Origin: Curvularia clavata
Lineage: Eukaryota
Length of the DNA: 64,000 bases
Direction of reading: 5' to 3'
NCBI GenBank assembly: GCA_023920165.1
Contig: CP089276.1
Location: 124,001 to 188,000, forward strand
Below, one piece after another: positions 13,567 through 26,204 of the stretch (its first letter is position 1; every line of letters begins with the position of its first letter). The notes beneath the pieces are model-generated. The model made no database searches. It was not told the DNA's origin and saw nothing but the letters and a program-made list of their open reading frames with translations. Both the position numbers and the translations under genes were made by a program.

Positions 13567-16500
13567 AAGCAAGGTTTCAAGGAACGTAATTCAAGTCATG
13601 GACTTTGAGCAAGAGGATAAAGCATGAACAGCGTTCCTGCGAGTCTCAACGGATACTCCATACCCCAGACGCAGAGTTCAGGTGCTCCAGGATTCAGGGA
13701 AGCACTCTCGAAAAGCACTTGCCACTTCGATACGAAGTTTTGTGCCAGTCGGTGAACAAACATAGGAAAAACACCATCTGCCAGACACTGGAATTTAGAG
13801 TGTGAACTTTATCGCATTCTAGCCCATGAAACTAGTCTATAACTACCTTTACTCGTTCAGATCTTGTCACGTATAACACACTTCCATATACAGTAGCATA
13901 CATGAAACTATCATTACTTGCTGAGTCTAGAAACCTCGCCCATATCATAAACTGCTTCCCTTCGACATATCCCTATGAGAACAGGTAGACACTAACTTCC
14001 TGATTCAACAATTCTCCTTCCTCCTCTATAACTCACCCCATCATCTCCTCCACATAGCACACAAGAAACCCAAAAAGGCCCAACGCAGTGTAAGTAAAAG
14101 AAAAAACGCCATGCGGCCTCATCTTTTCGGTTCCGAAACCCCGGGATCCGGGCTTCCTCTTCTCCCCATTCTCGCCTAAAAGGACCTCATAGACAAAAGA
14201 CACACAGCCTACGCGTGCAGATGTTTGATCTGTCAAGCGGCTTTTTTCCTGTGGGGTACTGTTACGTTGGGGGGGAGTTCGAGGCCGTATGTAACCAACT
14301 GTCTTTCTGGGGCGGAATACGGGGGCCGCGAGAGGGCGTGCGGCATACGTGTCGAGCTGTGCTGTGCTGTGTTGTGTTGTGTTGTGTGACGGGGCTGAAA
14401 CTTGTTGACTTGGAAAGGGAAAGAGGCACGTGGAGAGTGTTATGTAGATGTGTCAGTGAGTAGGAGAAGGGTGTGGAATACGGAAGTTTGAGGGGTTCAG
14501 TAGTTGGATGGGGAGATGAAAAAGACGATATGCTGTACTAGGCTCAGATGTGTTGAAAGAAGATGCAGAGAGGAAGTTTTAAAATAAGAAATCTGGGCGA
14601 CGCGGGAGAGTATTGACGCGTAATCGTGGTCTCGTATTCCATTTCTTCTTTTCTATTTCTTTTACTCGGCGAGGAGATAGTCGTGGCACGCATGTGTTAT
14701 CTGCAGCACTGTTGAATATTGGAAGTGGTGGTGGTGTTTGGAGGGGAGGGTGGCGGAGCGGAGTAAGTGGTCAGGTGTCAGATCAGCAAAGTGTCTAGAC
14801 AAGGTATTACTGCTTCGAATTTGTGTGTATGTGCTGCGTGTCAGATGTAAAGAAAGATCTGTTGGGGCAGCGACGGCGGCGGCTATGGTCCGTAGTCAGC
14901 ACTCAATGCAATGCGATGCGGCACGAGCCGCAGCTTGTTTTCACTGCAGTATGTGGAGAGGGGGTTTTTTTTTGGTTCAACCACACTAGATTTCGCTTGT
15001 CACGTTTGCTTATGTGTAGTGGAAGGTAGTATGTGTGGAGAAACAAAGCACTACCAGTTTGCCTCTTATGCACCTTAGTCTAGTCTGCATTGCATAGTGT
15101 ACCGTACATGCCCAGACATTTCTGATCGTGCAGCCCCACCCAAAGATAGAACCAGACATGACCTGTATGCACGATATCCCGAGGCTGATCTCGCTACATA
15201 CATACACGGACGCAGGCGTAGACGTATGCAGCATGTCTCAAGTAAGCTCGGCACACACGCACAAACTGCCAGTCATCATATCTGATTCGATCGATGTCGC
15301 GACAGTTTATTCAGAATGAACTTTCTCAGCCTCCTAAAAACCAGAAAAAAAGAAAGGAAAGGAAAATAAGCCATGCAGCTAACTATAGCATCCGAAAACT
15401 ACCGCCCGGTCAAATGCTAAACTAACGTCCCAACACCACCACTACATCTCATGACAGCAATTCCAACACGCACATGTCGAGCAGTAACCCAAGACCCTAC
15501 ATCCAACACATCTATCCCGGCTCAGCGTACCTGACACACGCCACCCTTCCTCGACATATCGCTATCACATGTAAGACGAAGCTCGCTTGCCCATGGCCCC
15601 CTCACCACTTGTGCCCTTTGGTGCCCACCCCACACCAACGTAGTACCAATGCAGCCTCTTACAGTACCGTACCATACTCTTATTTTTCTTGCTCGTCATC
15701 TGCCGCCGTCGTGCTACGCAGGGTGGGAGACACGGAGCAGAGGCGACATAGAGAGAGAGCGCATAGCTGGGTTACGTGGCTTTCTGTTTCCCCACCACCA
15801 GGGCCAGACCCGTCTTTTTTTTCACTTTGATATTGTGTATGCAAGAATGAGGAGATGTTCAGCGTTTTGAGAGAGACACGCGTGGAGGCGGGTGTAGTGA
15901 AATGGCGCTTTTTTTTTACGGGAATAGAGTAGTAGCGTTCAGCATTTCACTCGCCACACACACATGTACTCTTGTGCCTTTTGAGTTGCATTGTCTCAAC
16001 CCCAGATGGGCATTGTACATGGTTTGTGGAGGTGATGGCGGGCCGACTGCTTCAGGCCGTCATGACTTGTTTGTGCAGTGGGCAAGGGGGGATGGCGTGA
16101 TCGCCGAGGGTCAAAAGTACATGGCGAGGCCAGAAGGAGAGACACGTGAAGATGGTAACAGTGTAGAGGCGAGATGTTGGCGCGCCACCCATCATGTGCA
16201 ATGAAATCTGCCGGTAAGCGCTGTTGTTTGCTAACCAACTGTTTACCCAAGGGAATTAATTGCATTCCTCAAGACGACACATCACGGCCAGTAGACGAGA
16301 CAAGAGTAGGAAGAAACGATGCAAGCAAGATCTAATCAGGTCGGTATACGAGGCTACGAGTTTCATTTGGCGCGCTCTAGCTCATCCTCATCGCTCGAGG
16401 ACTCGCCAGCGTGAAGCGCTGTACTACATAGCAGTAAACCTCTCTAGCCCTGGTTGTACCACCAACCCGCGTCCCCGGTGAGCCTATTAGAGGTTATCAA

Positions 16501-17108
16501 TACCTGGTGGAATATGTACCCAAAGAGTCCCATTACTTCCTCCAACCGAAAAGGGTAACAAAGACCCGCGACTGCGCTTGCCCTCTCGAGTCCCAGACAA
16601 GGGCGAGTTTGAGGTATAGCCGCCGAAACTGAGAGCAAGCCTGCTCTGCATGTAAAACAACAAAAACCCGATTAGACAGATAATGAAATTAGCTGAGGAG
16701 CCACCGCGGTGTAAGCCATGGCGTGATGATGATGATGACGATGTTCGCTTTTGGCGCAATGCAGACGCATGCATCGCTTTTGTTTTTCCCAAACCGCCCA
16801 CAAAAAAAAAGCCCCGTTGAAGGGGAGCGCAGTGCAGCTAGACTACTGCATTGCGCAAGATAGGAAAGCGCCTCTAGTAACTGTTCCAACATAGGAAATT
16901 CGTAACTCTGATGAGTCGTGCGGTCGTGGCCGTGTTAAGGGCCGATATCTTTTGGTCATACACTCATACTTTCGTAAAGCAGTCTCCTTGCGCTCAAAGA
17001 GGGCAAGAAAAGACCAGTAATATACAGTCACGCGCGGTGGAGATATTATCCGCGCGCGATAAGGACAAGAGGAAAAGAAGACTTTTCCAGTTGCCGGATT
17101 ATGGTTCT

Positions 17109-18731
17109 CTAGTGTCCTCGGACTGCACCCGATGAACGTCCGAGGAACCAGCTAGGGAATCGCAGGTCGTTGAAGAACCTGAAAAAAGCGCGCTTGCGTG
17201 ATGGATTTGCAGGGAGTAGTGCGGCGGCTTGTTGCATAGGGCCGACAATGTCCTCGTCACCGAGCTTGGGGAATTTCCCCTCGCTCTTTGGGTCGTGAAG
17301 CGTGGGCATCTTACTGAGGGGTCCCGGCTCGGTGGGTGAGTAGGGTGCAAGCTCCTCGCCAAGAGCAGTGGCATGCGCCTTGGCCATATCGTGGTTCTTC
17401 TTCCATTCGGCATCAATTTCAGCCCATTTTTGCTCGGTGAGAAGATAGTGCTTCGAAGTTACTCCGTAGTGTTCGGCGGTGCGCACTTGGTGCTTTGCGT
17501 AGTTGCGCCGTGCTTGGGCCCATTCAGCCAGGTGCTCTTCAATTGAGGCCAAGTCGCACACTTGAGGAAGATATGGCTCTGGGAGAATGGTGAAGTTGGC
17601 ATGGCCCAGGATGTTTGCCCATTTGTCGTCGGGTCGAGCAAGCATAAGCGGAGGGATATCTGCCGATGCTACATTTGGCCCTCTCATGGATGCATACGAG
17701 GGCTGCGAGGACAGAGGAGGCGTAGGGTAGGTGCGCGTTGGTGGGGTTCCAGCTGGAGTCAGGCCCGTTGAATGAGCCGTGTCAGCAACTGCTGGCGACT
17801 GCAGAGGCGACGAGGCCGGCACATCTTCGGTCCGAGACGGAACCAACATGGGCGGCAACAAGGGAGTGGCAGCATATCGCTCTCGCTCAATTTCCTCGGG
17901 GTCAAGGTCCATGTCCATGGCATTGGCTCTGTCGACATCAATGGCAAGGGGAGTGGGCACATCGTCGTTTATGTGTTCCCTGCTGGTCAAGGCAGGGGTG
18001 GATGTGGGTGGTGAGTACTCTGTCGCGAGGTCAATGGTTGACGCATGGTAGATGGAGCCAGCGAGTGACGAGGAGCGGGTAGAAGGCACTCTGGAGGGAG
18101 TGGTGCTGCGCGAGACCCTGCTGAGATTGGAGGTGCGGTCGCGCACTCTGCGTGATAGCGAAGGGAAGCGCCTCTCGATCTTGCCGGCGAAGCTGTGCGC
18201 AGAGGCCTCGAGCGACCGCCTTCGCTTTGCCGATTGTAGTCCCGAGTCGCAAGGAGTGGCAAAGTACTCGTCATGGGGATCGTAGGCCCTGGATATCCTG
18301 CAATGCTGGGCGTGGCCATAGGAACCTTGGGTGTCGCCTGGGGATGGGATGAGCATGGCGAATGCGACAAGAAAGCATTGGGGGGAAAACTTACAAGAGC
18401 AGCGATAGACGTCTTCGGAGACAAAGTCGTAGTCGCGCTCAAAGGGGTCCTCTGTTAGTTTGGGCAGCTTTCCTGAGCCGTTGGGAGCGTCTGGCAGGTC
18501 GTAGGTTGGCGGGCTAGAGGACAATGACGAAGCCGAACTGGGAAAGCGGAAGTGGCCGCGCATGTATTGACTTGGCGTGGGCGGCGTCGAGCACTCGGAG
18601 GCCGAGTAGAAACCAGAGTCGGCATTGGAGTAGATGGACGACGTTGGGTCTTCAGCCATGATCAGGGAGCCTTTGGAAGACTTGCGAACGGCGGCGAGCT
18701 GGGGGAGGACGAGCGGCTTAAGGTCGTGCAT
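17109..18731 (-). CDS. Conserved-looking Pro/Ser-rich fungal hypothetical protein (probable 57-nt intron 18338-18394)
   Basis: 540-codon ORF with an ordered C-terminal block (DKWANILGHANFTILPEPYLP ... GKFPKLGDEDIVGPM); in-frame GTAAGT...CAG intron. Confidence 0.75.
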   Translation of the reverse strand: MHDLKPLVLPQLAAVRKSSKGSLIMAEDPTSSIYSNADSGFYSASECSTPPTPSQYMRGHFRFPSSASSLSSSPPTYDLPDAPNGSGKLPKLTEDPFERDYDFVSEDVYRCSCKFSPQCFLVAFAMLIPSPGDTQGSYGHAQHCRISRAYDPHDEYFATPCDSGLQSAKRRRSLEASAHSFAGKIERRFPSLSRRVRDRTSNLSRVSRSTTPSRVPSTRSSSLAGSIYHASTIDLATEYSPPTSTPALTSREHINDDVPTPLAIDVDRANAMDMDLDPEEIERERYAATPLLPPMLVPSRTEDVPASSPLQSPAVADTAHSTGLTPAGTPPTRTYPTPPLSSQPSYASMRGPNVASADIPPLMLARPDDKWANILGHANFTILPEPYLPQVCDLASIEEHLAEWAQARRNYAKHQVRTAEHYGVTSKHYLLTEQKWAEIDAEWKKNHDMAKAHATALGEELAPYSPTEPGPLSKMPTLHDPKSEGKFPKLGDEDIVGPMQQAAALLPANPSRKRAFFRFFNDLRFPSWFLGRSSGAVRGH

Positions 18732-21700
18732 GTTGGCGGTGGAAGAGTGGCAGCTAGCGGCAGTTTGTACCAGCGGTCGGGGCGTGTTGTGAATTTGCGC
18801 GCCGGAAGCTGGGATCCCATGCCCAGGCTAAGCAAGACAAGCGACTGTGACGGTGCACACGCCGAGTTGGGCCAGCGCGGCGCGAGAGCAGGGCAGCGGG
18901 CGCGAGGGGAGGCTGGCGAGGCGGTCGAGGAGGGTTTGAGAGAGCCTGCGAGGGCGCCACGAAGCCGACCACGTAGGTAGCAAGACGAAAGCTGCAGTGA
19001 CGAAGTCAGCGGGCAGCAGCAAGCGTGCCAAAAGCGGCTGGCACGTGAGGGGAGCAGGGCTGGGATAGGTCCAACGTACCGAGGCGGCGCGGCGAGGCTG
19101 GAAGCAGCAGGTATCGACAGTCGCAGACAGCAGAGCAGAGACAGCGCAGCGAAAGGGCGGTCGCTTGTTGGGCTGGGAGTGGACGACGACAGCGACGAGG
19201 CAACGGGGGTGGGATATACTGGATTCCAGTGTGGGCATGGGCATGGGCATGGGCAGCAGTGACGACCCGTGCAGGGAGCGCAACTTCCTTTCCACGACCG
19301 ACGCAGGACGGACTGCACGCCAAGCCGAGCGAGAAACCGTCGCCCCGAAGGCAAGAAGTTCGCTAGGCTAGCAGACAGCCCTGCTCTGCCCTGCCCGGTT
19401 CGGAGTACAAGGCCGCGATGCGCTCACAGCAGCCACACAGCCCGCCCGCCGTCGCTTCACTGCCATGGCCCCAACACACAGCAGCGCCCCCAAGCCGCTT
19501 TCGGCCTCGAATCCTCATGCCTTGTCGCGCGGAAGTCGCCTCGCAGCTCCCGGCCGCCCCCCCTTCAGCTCTGCTCTGCTCTGCCATGCAGGAACAACCG
19601 CTCCATCACGCCTGCCTGGTGTTGGCCATTGCCTACGCCGCACGGCGCCGTGTTGTGCTACATGCTACCACCACGCCCGCTGCCACTGCTACTACATGCC
19701 ACCACTACTACTACCACCATCACCACTCCACTGCTGTGAGGGCAACCATGGCTACCACCTGACAGACTCGTTTGCCGCGCCCTGTGCAAGCCACTCGCCC
19801 ATTGCCGTGCGAGCTGCCATACATACTACACACTATGACATCGACATACGTCTGTTCATTTCGCTCCCACGCTGCTTTTCCCGTCCCGCTTCCGCTCTTT
19901 TGATTGGCCCACTCTCCCTAATGCCACCAAAAGGGTCCTTTCTGGGTCCTTTTCCTGCCATGTGTCGTGCAAACAAACAAACGTCGAACCGTCGTCTGAG
20001 CCTTGTAGCCGTCACACAAAAGCAACGTACGCATTCACGTCCGTGTTTCACCCCATGCGAGTCAAGTACATGGACTCGACTGATAGCATATACTACTCTC
20101 CAAATGCCCTTGCGTGTGCCGTGCCTGACTGCGTACTCTGCTCTCCAGAGCCCAGAGGTTGGGGGTAACCTTGCACTCCACAGTCCGAAAAAAAAAAGGC
20201 CACCCAGGCTTCCAGACAAATCGGGGAACTTTTCTTAGAGGCGCTAGACCGTTGACCCACTGGTGATTGGGCGTCGCAGCCCCTGTCGCGCTAAGCATCT
20301 TTTCCTGCTCCCCGGCTCCTTGCCTTTTTAACCCCCTTGTTCGCATGTGTCCTGGCAAGCCTCATACCTCACCGCCAGCGTCAAAGTACATCCCAAGTAC
20401 CTTGCCCTATGGTTTTATCGCCATGTGTTTTTTTCCGAGGCGTCTTTGGAAACGTCATCAATGCTTCCACGGATGTACCTGCTCAACAGCCACTATCTCC
20501 CTTCTTCTTCCCCGGACAATTGCTGTCGGTCTAATGACTGCTGTGCCGTGTCCATGTGGCCTAGTACAAGGAGAAGAAGGGCAGACGTGAAAAAAAAAAC
20601 TGGAGCAGCAAGCCTTCGCTATGCCACTTCCGTACCAGTAAGACGGTGGACAGGCTCCTGGGTCCTCGCATCATGACGACAAGGGCGAAAAGAAGTGCAA
20701 AGTAGTCTCGGTCCCGGTCTGAAGTCGGCAGCCGCCCCGCTCGCTTGTTGGTCTTTTGCTCTCTGCTCTCGCTGGCCAGACCGGACGGCACACTGTTAGT
20801 GGCCCAATGCACGCGCGGGCGGGACAATACCGTTTGCGCCAAACACATCCACCACCGTCTTTCGCAACGCTCAGCCTGCATCGACCGCTTGTCACTATGG
20901 TGTAAATGAGCCATGTACTAGCCATGTCCACAATATTAGATTGCTGACATGTCGACGTCTCCCGTCCGACTACGTGTCGCGCCGATATCGAGTCTACACA
21001 TGTAATAATGTGCCAAACTCTGCATATTTCCTTCTTTTGCAGACTGACATGTGCGAATAACGAGCCTGCTTTGCACGCAAACATTCCAAAGGGGGGGCGC
21101 TTGGCCAAACCAGGTACGCGCAACGCCCATCTAGTGGCGCCGATCGTTGGGCTGACCGGATGGGTTCCCTTGGCCCAACGTGGCATATCCACCGGCAGTG
21201 TTGAGCGCCGACGCGCCTCTCTCAATGCACTGCTCTGCGCTGCACCACAACTACATGGGTCAGAATCGGTATCGATAACGCTGGTCCCGAATTTCGTCAC
21301 CACACGAACGCCATTGGCGCGATGGAGCATTTCTATCATGTACAATTCATGCGTGCTTTTTCTCTTTTACTGATACCGTCCAAGGACATTCTTGACAGTC
21401 AACTCTGCGCGCGCGCGGCTTTCATTCACCCGTGCAACCAATTGCCGTGAACCATGGAATCAAGAAAAAATGTCACTAGTCCCAGAAAATGGCGTTTGAG
21501 TTTCAACCGTAGGACGTTTTTTTTTCAACGGCGCACATAGAAAAGTAAATAGTATATACACTAAAAGCTGCGAACTCGCGCCGGGGTCGACGGCAGCCCC
21601 TCGCAACTTGTCCCCAGTTTGATTTTCCTCTAGGTCCAATGGCAGCGGGTCGGATTTTCTGACGGACAAGTACCATCCATTCATCTTCTTGCCAGCGTTA

Positions 21701-21765
21701 TAGCCGCTACTATTGGCGGGCCCGGCCAGCGCTTGGGTCGCATTCTTCTGACAATTCTCATCACA

Positions 21766-23722
21766 TCATATCCAGTACTTACTCCACAGCTTTCCTTGCT
21801 CTTCTGAACCTTCAAACTGCATACAGTAACACGTCTCAGTCAGCCTTCTGCTCCTCTATACGCAAGGGGGACGCGCAATATAGACTGGCACACCCACGCC
21901 TCGCTTAGATGGATCAATACGTACCTGAAAATCAACCTTCACAATGTCCGCGAACCCTTCAGAAACCTTAGGTTCGCGGTATCGAGAAGCGAAGCCACTA
22001 AAGGCGATATGGGGTAGGATCGTGCGAGCTTCTCGGTTCGTCTGTGTGTGTGGAAATGAACGTCAGCAGGGATGGTCTCTCAGCAAAGAACATGATGGGG
22101 TATTTTCACGGTAGCGGTGCATGTTCCATGCGCACACGCACCAGCTTCCTCATTAGGATAGTTGTTCAACAAAAAGTGTGGAGTAGTTTGCAAAAGTCGT
22201 TCGCAGACCTCCTATAGGAGGCTTTGGCGCTGTGAAACTTACTTCCGGCCCAACATTCAGCGCTCGAAACGCGTCGTTGTGCTCGCACAGCTTGGGCGAA
22301 GCCGTGAAGAGCACACATCGGATGCGAACATTTAACCTCTGCGCTAACGCAACCCACACGGCTCGAGTATCTGGATCGGCATTTGTATTGTCTGGCTTCG
22401 TTAGTCTTGTATACCGGCTTTAGCTGGGGTCCCGAATTAACCTACCAACAACAACGCTTGTGCCGTTCTCGACCAGCGTCGTGGCGACCTTGATGCATTT
22501 CTCGCGCTGTTTCAACACGTTACTCGAGCTGTAAAGACAATATACGCCTCGTGCAGACGAAGAGCCAGTCAGCAACCTACCGTCTTGAGAGTGTCTTGGT
22601 TGACTCGCTCGTATCCGAGTGGCTGCAGGTGTTTCCAATAGAAGGACGACTTCCCAGCCCCAGGGCTGCCGCAGAACACGATGATCTCGGGTGTTTCCGC
22701 CTTTGCGAACGTGAAAGCTAGTATCAAGATCAGCAGCAGTCGAACGATGCATGACGAATCTAATAGTAAATGTAAGACTTACGTGCAGATGTTGAGTCTC
22801 CACCCCGTTGCTTAACGAAAATGGTTGGGTCAAACGCTCGTGTAAATGGTCTTGGCTCTTCATGGCGGAAGAACTCCTCTGGGGTATGAAATGGTATGCC
22901 TATGTTGGCCGCGAAGTCTCTGAACATTGTTAATCTCCACCCTCAGCAATACATGAGGTGGGGGCATTTACGGACCTGTCCGAACATGAGTGGTCCTTGA
23001 CTATGCCCCCAGCCACCGCCTCACGGCCACCGGCGTCTCCAACAAATACGGAACCGTCCAAGTCAATAGCCTCTGAAGTTTCTAGATCGTGGTCTTCTAA
23101 TAGCTCTTGCCACATGCCGACCCTGGGCTTTCGGTACTGGTCTCTACTTGTTGCAGCATAGATTGAGATGGGGAGGTCGAGCTGGGTGAGTACTGCGGTC
23201 ACCTTGGACTTGAAGTCGGCTAGACGCTTCTGATCCGACTTGACCGTCTTGGGGTTCGGCTTCAAGCTGATGCCGCCCTGGTTGCTGATAATAGCGATAA
23301 GGTAGCCGTCTGCATGAAGATCCTTGAGTCGTCCAGGCACACAACTGTCCCACCACTTCCAATCGCTTGCATCACGGCTAAAGGTCCTTCCCGAGGCGGA
23401 CTTGATCAATGTGGAGTCAAAGTCGAAAGCTGCTATCCGGCGCTTGCCTGCTGTGGCTGCCTGCGTTGTTGTAGCGCCGAAGCGCCCAACAAGCAAGCTG
23501 TCTTTGATGACCCGCCATACCATCTTTTCCGGCTCTTTCTTGGAGGCAGGGGTGAAGAAATTTGCAATGGCTTTGCCTGGCTGGCGTTAGCAGACCATGC
23601 GTGGCTTGACAAGTTGCAGACGCACTCGTCGTGGTTGATTGCTGCCGTCGCTTTGTTGTGGGCGGCGACAAATCTTTGCTGTTGGAGTTTGCCCGCTTGT
23701 GAGAACTCGTCTTTCCGTTCAT
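21766..23722 (-). CDS. PNK1: Bifunctional polynucleotide 3'-phosphatase / 5'-kinase (multi-exon)
   Basis: HAD motif IAAFDFDSTLI, ISNQGG, YRKPRVGMW, FVGDAGGR, DHSCSDRDFAANIG; kinase P-loop CGSPGAGKS, RVNQD, DNTN; ends LWSKYWI-stop at 21766. Confidence 0.93.
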
Positions 23723-23830
23723 GTTGGGTAATGTTGTCGCTGAGCAGTGTACATGTGTCGTAGTGCTTGACGGCTACGAGTTCCGATGAACGCTAAATCG
23801 TGAAGTCGTTCGCTTGCACTTGCTCTTTCG

Positions 23831-23860
23831 ACGCGAGGCACGCGTTCGCGAAAGCACGTG
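23831..23860. promoter_or_regulatory. MCB/SCB-like cluster (ACGCGA, ACGCGT, CGCGAAA, CACGTG) upstream of PNK1
   Basis: acgcgaggcacgcgttcgcgaaagcacgtg lies 110-140 bp upstream of a DNA-repair gene start. Confidence 0.5.
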
Positions 23861-24262
23861 CTTGACCGGAACCAAATAAAATAGTCACGGGACATGCTAC
23901 TGCCATCTCAACAACTCACGACGTGCACTCTGACAATGACGGATTTCAGACAGCTCGGCACACTCTATTGTTTTGAAAAGAAAATGAGAAGGAACAATGC
24001 ACATCCATACTTTGTTTTCTCCGCCATGAACAAGAACTTCACTCGAGAGTATTCGGCACCGAGGTCTACTCCAGGTCTAGTCTAGGAACACACATCCCAT
24101 CGGTTTCTAGAATTCTAAGCAAGGTAGAGCATGACCTGATATCTACTCGCCAATGCCTTTAGTAGGTATGAATTGGTCCTCGCCAATGATACCATGTCCA
24201 ATCACGGATTTAGAATTATGTCGACCTGCCGTCCGGTGCCTGATTCAACATCATATACACAT

Positions 24263-25143
24263 TCACCGTACGCGTGGCTGGGCGGCCAGGACTGGAGGAG
24301 GCTTGTACTTGACGCGAGGGTCCTGGGAGAGACGGTCAGGCAAGAACAAGTTCACGCAACCCTTCATCTGTGTCTGGAACCTCTTTAGCTCATTCACACC
24401 TGCCTCGAGCACGGCTGCGTTGTTGAAGTCTTCAATCTGGACCGTGGCATTGAGTACATATGCACCGCTTGGGTCGAGGAGTTGGAGCTCAGTCCATGTA
24501 GGGAGTGTGACACTGGGAGCTTTCTGGACGCTGCGAACACCAGGCGCATGGAGAAGGCGATGCAGGAATATGACGACGTTGCCATGGACGAAACGGTATC
24601 CCTCGACGTAATACTCGGTAACGAACCTATGCTTCGGTCAGAAGGGCACTAGCATCACGGTGGAAGGCATTCTAACTGGTTGGGCCCTGAGGCGAGCATG
24701 TAGGCATGAGGGTCGCCCGACAGCAGGTCAGTGGTGTGAGTGAAGCGGATGGAGACGCCTCGGTCGCCCGTGTCTGGAATGTCTTTGAAGACAAAGGACC
24801 ACACAGGCTCCTCGCCGTCGTCTACGTTTGCAGACAGCGACGTGGCGGTCTTTTGTGGCGCGCTGTCCTCGCTCGCAAAGTCATTCTCGGACAACTTCTG
24901 GACGAGCTGTGTGTGGTACAGGACGACGGGGGCAGCCTGCTTTGCCTGTTTCTGGGCGACTGTCTGGGTGCCGCCACGTCGGCCCAGGTTGGAGCCCGGC
25001 TCCTCAGGCTCGCGCAAGGGCTTGTAGATGATGTGCCGCTCGTAGATGCGCTGGGGCTGCATGGCCGCAAGGCCAGCGAGTATGTTCAGGACCTGCTCAT
25101 AGCGGGCAAAGGTGACCTGTCCATAGAGGTTGAGCTCGTGCAT
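24263..25143 (-). CDS. MED18: Mediator subunit 18 (Srb5) (intron 24627-24676)
   Basis: MHELNLYGQV...VLNILAGLAAMQP; FVTEYYVEGYRFVHGNVVIFLHR; LDPSGAYVL; LPDRLSQDPRVK. Confidence 0.88.
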
Positions 25144-25786
25144 GGTGGCCAGGTCGGAGCCGCAGTCGGACGGGTCGAATATCAATATGCAATTCCCGGT
25201 GGTCAGGATGCGGAGAAGGGCCGTGGGGTTCGATAAGGCGGGCGGCGTGTGCGGCGTTTCGATTGGCGGGGAGGGATGCACTTGCAGAGAACAGAAAAGA
25301 CAGGCGCGGGCTGGACGGCGCGACTGCAGGAAGCTATGACCCGAAAGCGAAAGAACGACTCCAACTCTTTGCACTTGGGCGGAGTCCCGTCGGCGCCGTC
25401 GCCGTCCGCCCATTGCGTGCTCGGAACAACGGCGGGCGCTGCATTTCTCATTCGACTGTGGGCAGATGCGAGGGGGACAAGTTGATAATCAGCGTTTGCG
25501 GCGTTAGCGTAGCTCCGGCGCATTGTGAAATATTTATGCCCCGATGCCATAAACCTTCCCGGCTCCCCTCCGCCAACCTTGTTGCCTTGCCTTGCCTTTA
25601 CCTCGTCCTTGCCGTCTTTCTTCAGTCTCCTGTCGCGCCTCTCTTCTCGTGTTGCCAACCGCGACCTCGTGCTCCCCCAATCGTGCCGAACCCCGCCAGG
25701 CTCTTCTTCGGCTCATTCCTGCAACCTGATACGCAATCAGCTTTCTACCCTTCACACCACAACAACATCGCCCTACTCATTTCACC

Positions 25787-26204
25787 ATGAACGCAACCAA
25801 GGCCCTCGCTCGCCAGCCCATGATTCGCTTCTTGGGCAAGCGCACCACCCCCTCGCGTATGTTGCTGCAGCAGACTGGCCGTGTTTTTCAGCAGCAGCTA
25901 ACATTCAATTGCAGAGATTGATCACACCCCGCACGTGCACCCCGCCTCTCCCATGAAGGAACTGCCCTCGTCCTTCAAGGCCTACCGCCAAAAGGCACAG
26001 CAGCACGGTCCACTCAACGCAAACTCCAGCGGATTTGTTGGTGGTCACATTGGCGGCGCTGCTGGCAAGAACCTTGGCCCAGTCGAGGCCGGAAGGGGCC
26101 TGTACTTTGATCGCTCCGAGCTGCCCGCACGCTTCCAGAACTTGTCGTGGACACAGGCCGAGATGGAGCTTCTCGAGTCTGGTGGCGCCAGCCAGTTTGC
26201 ATAG
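25787..26204 (+). CDS. KGD4: Mitochondrial Ymr31/Kgd4 (S36-type) 2-oxoglutarate dehydrogenase adaptor (intron 25857-25914)
   Basis: PMIRFLGKR, HPASP, YFDRSELPARF and AEMELLESGGA motifs. Confidence 0.87.
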
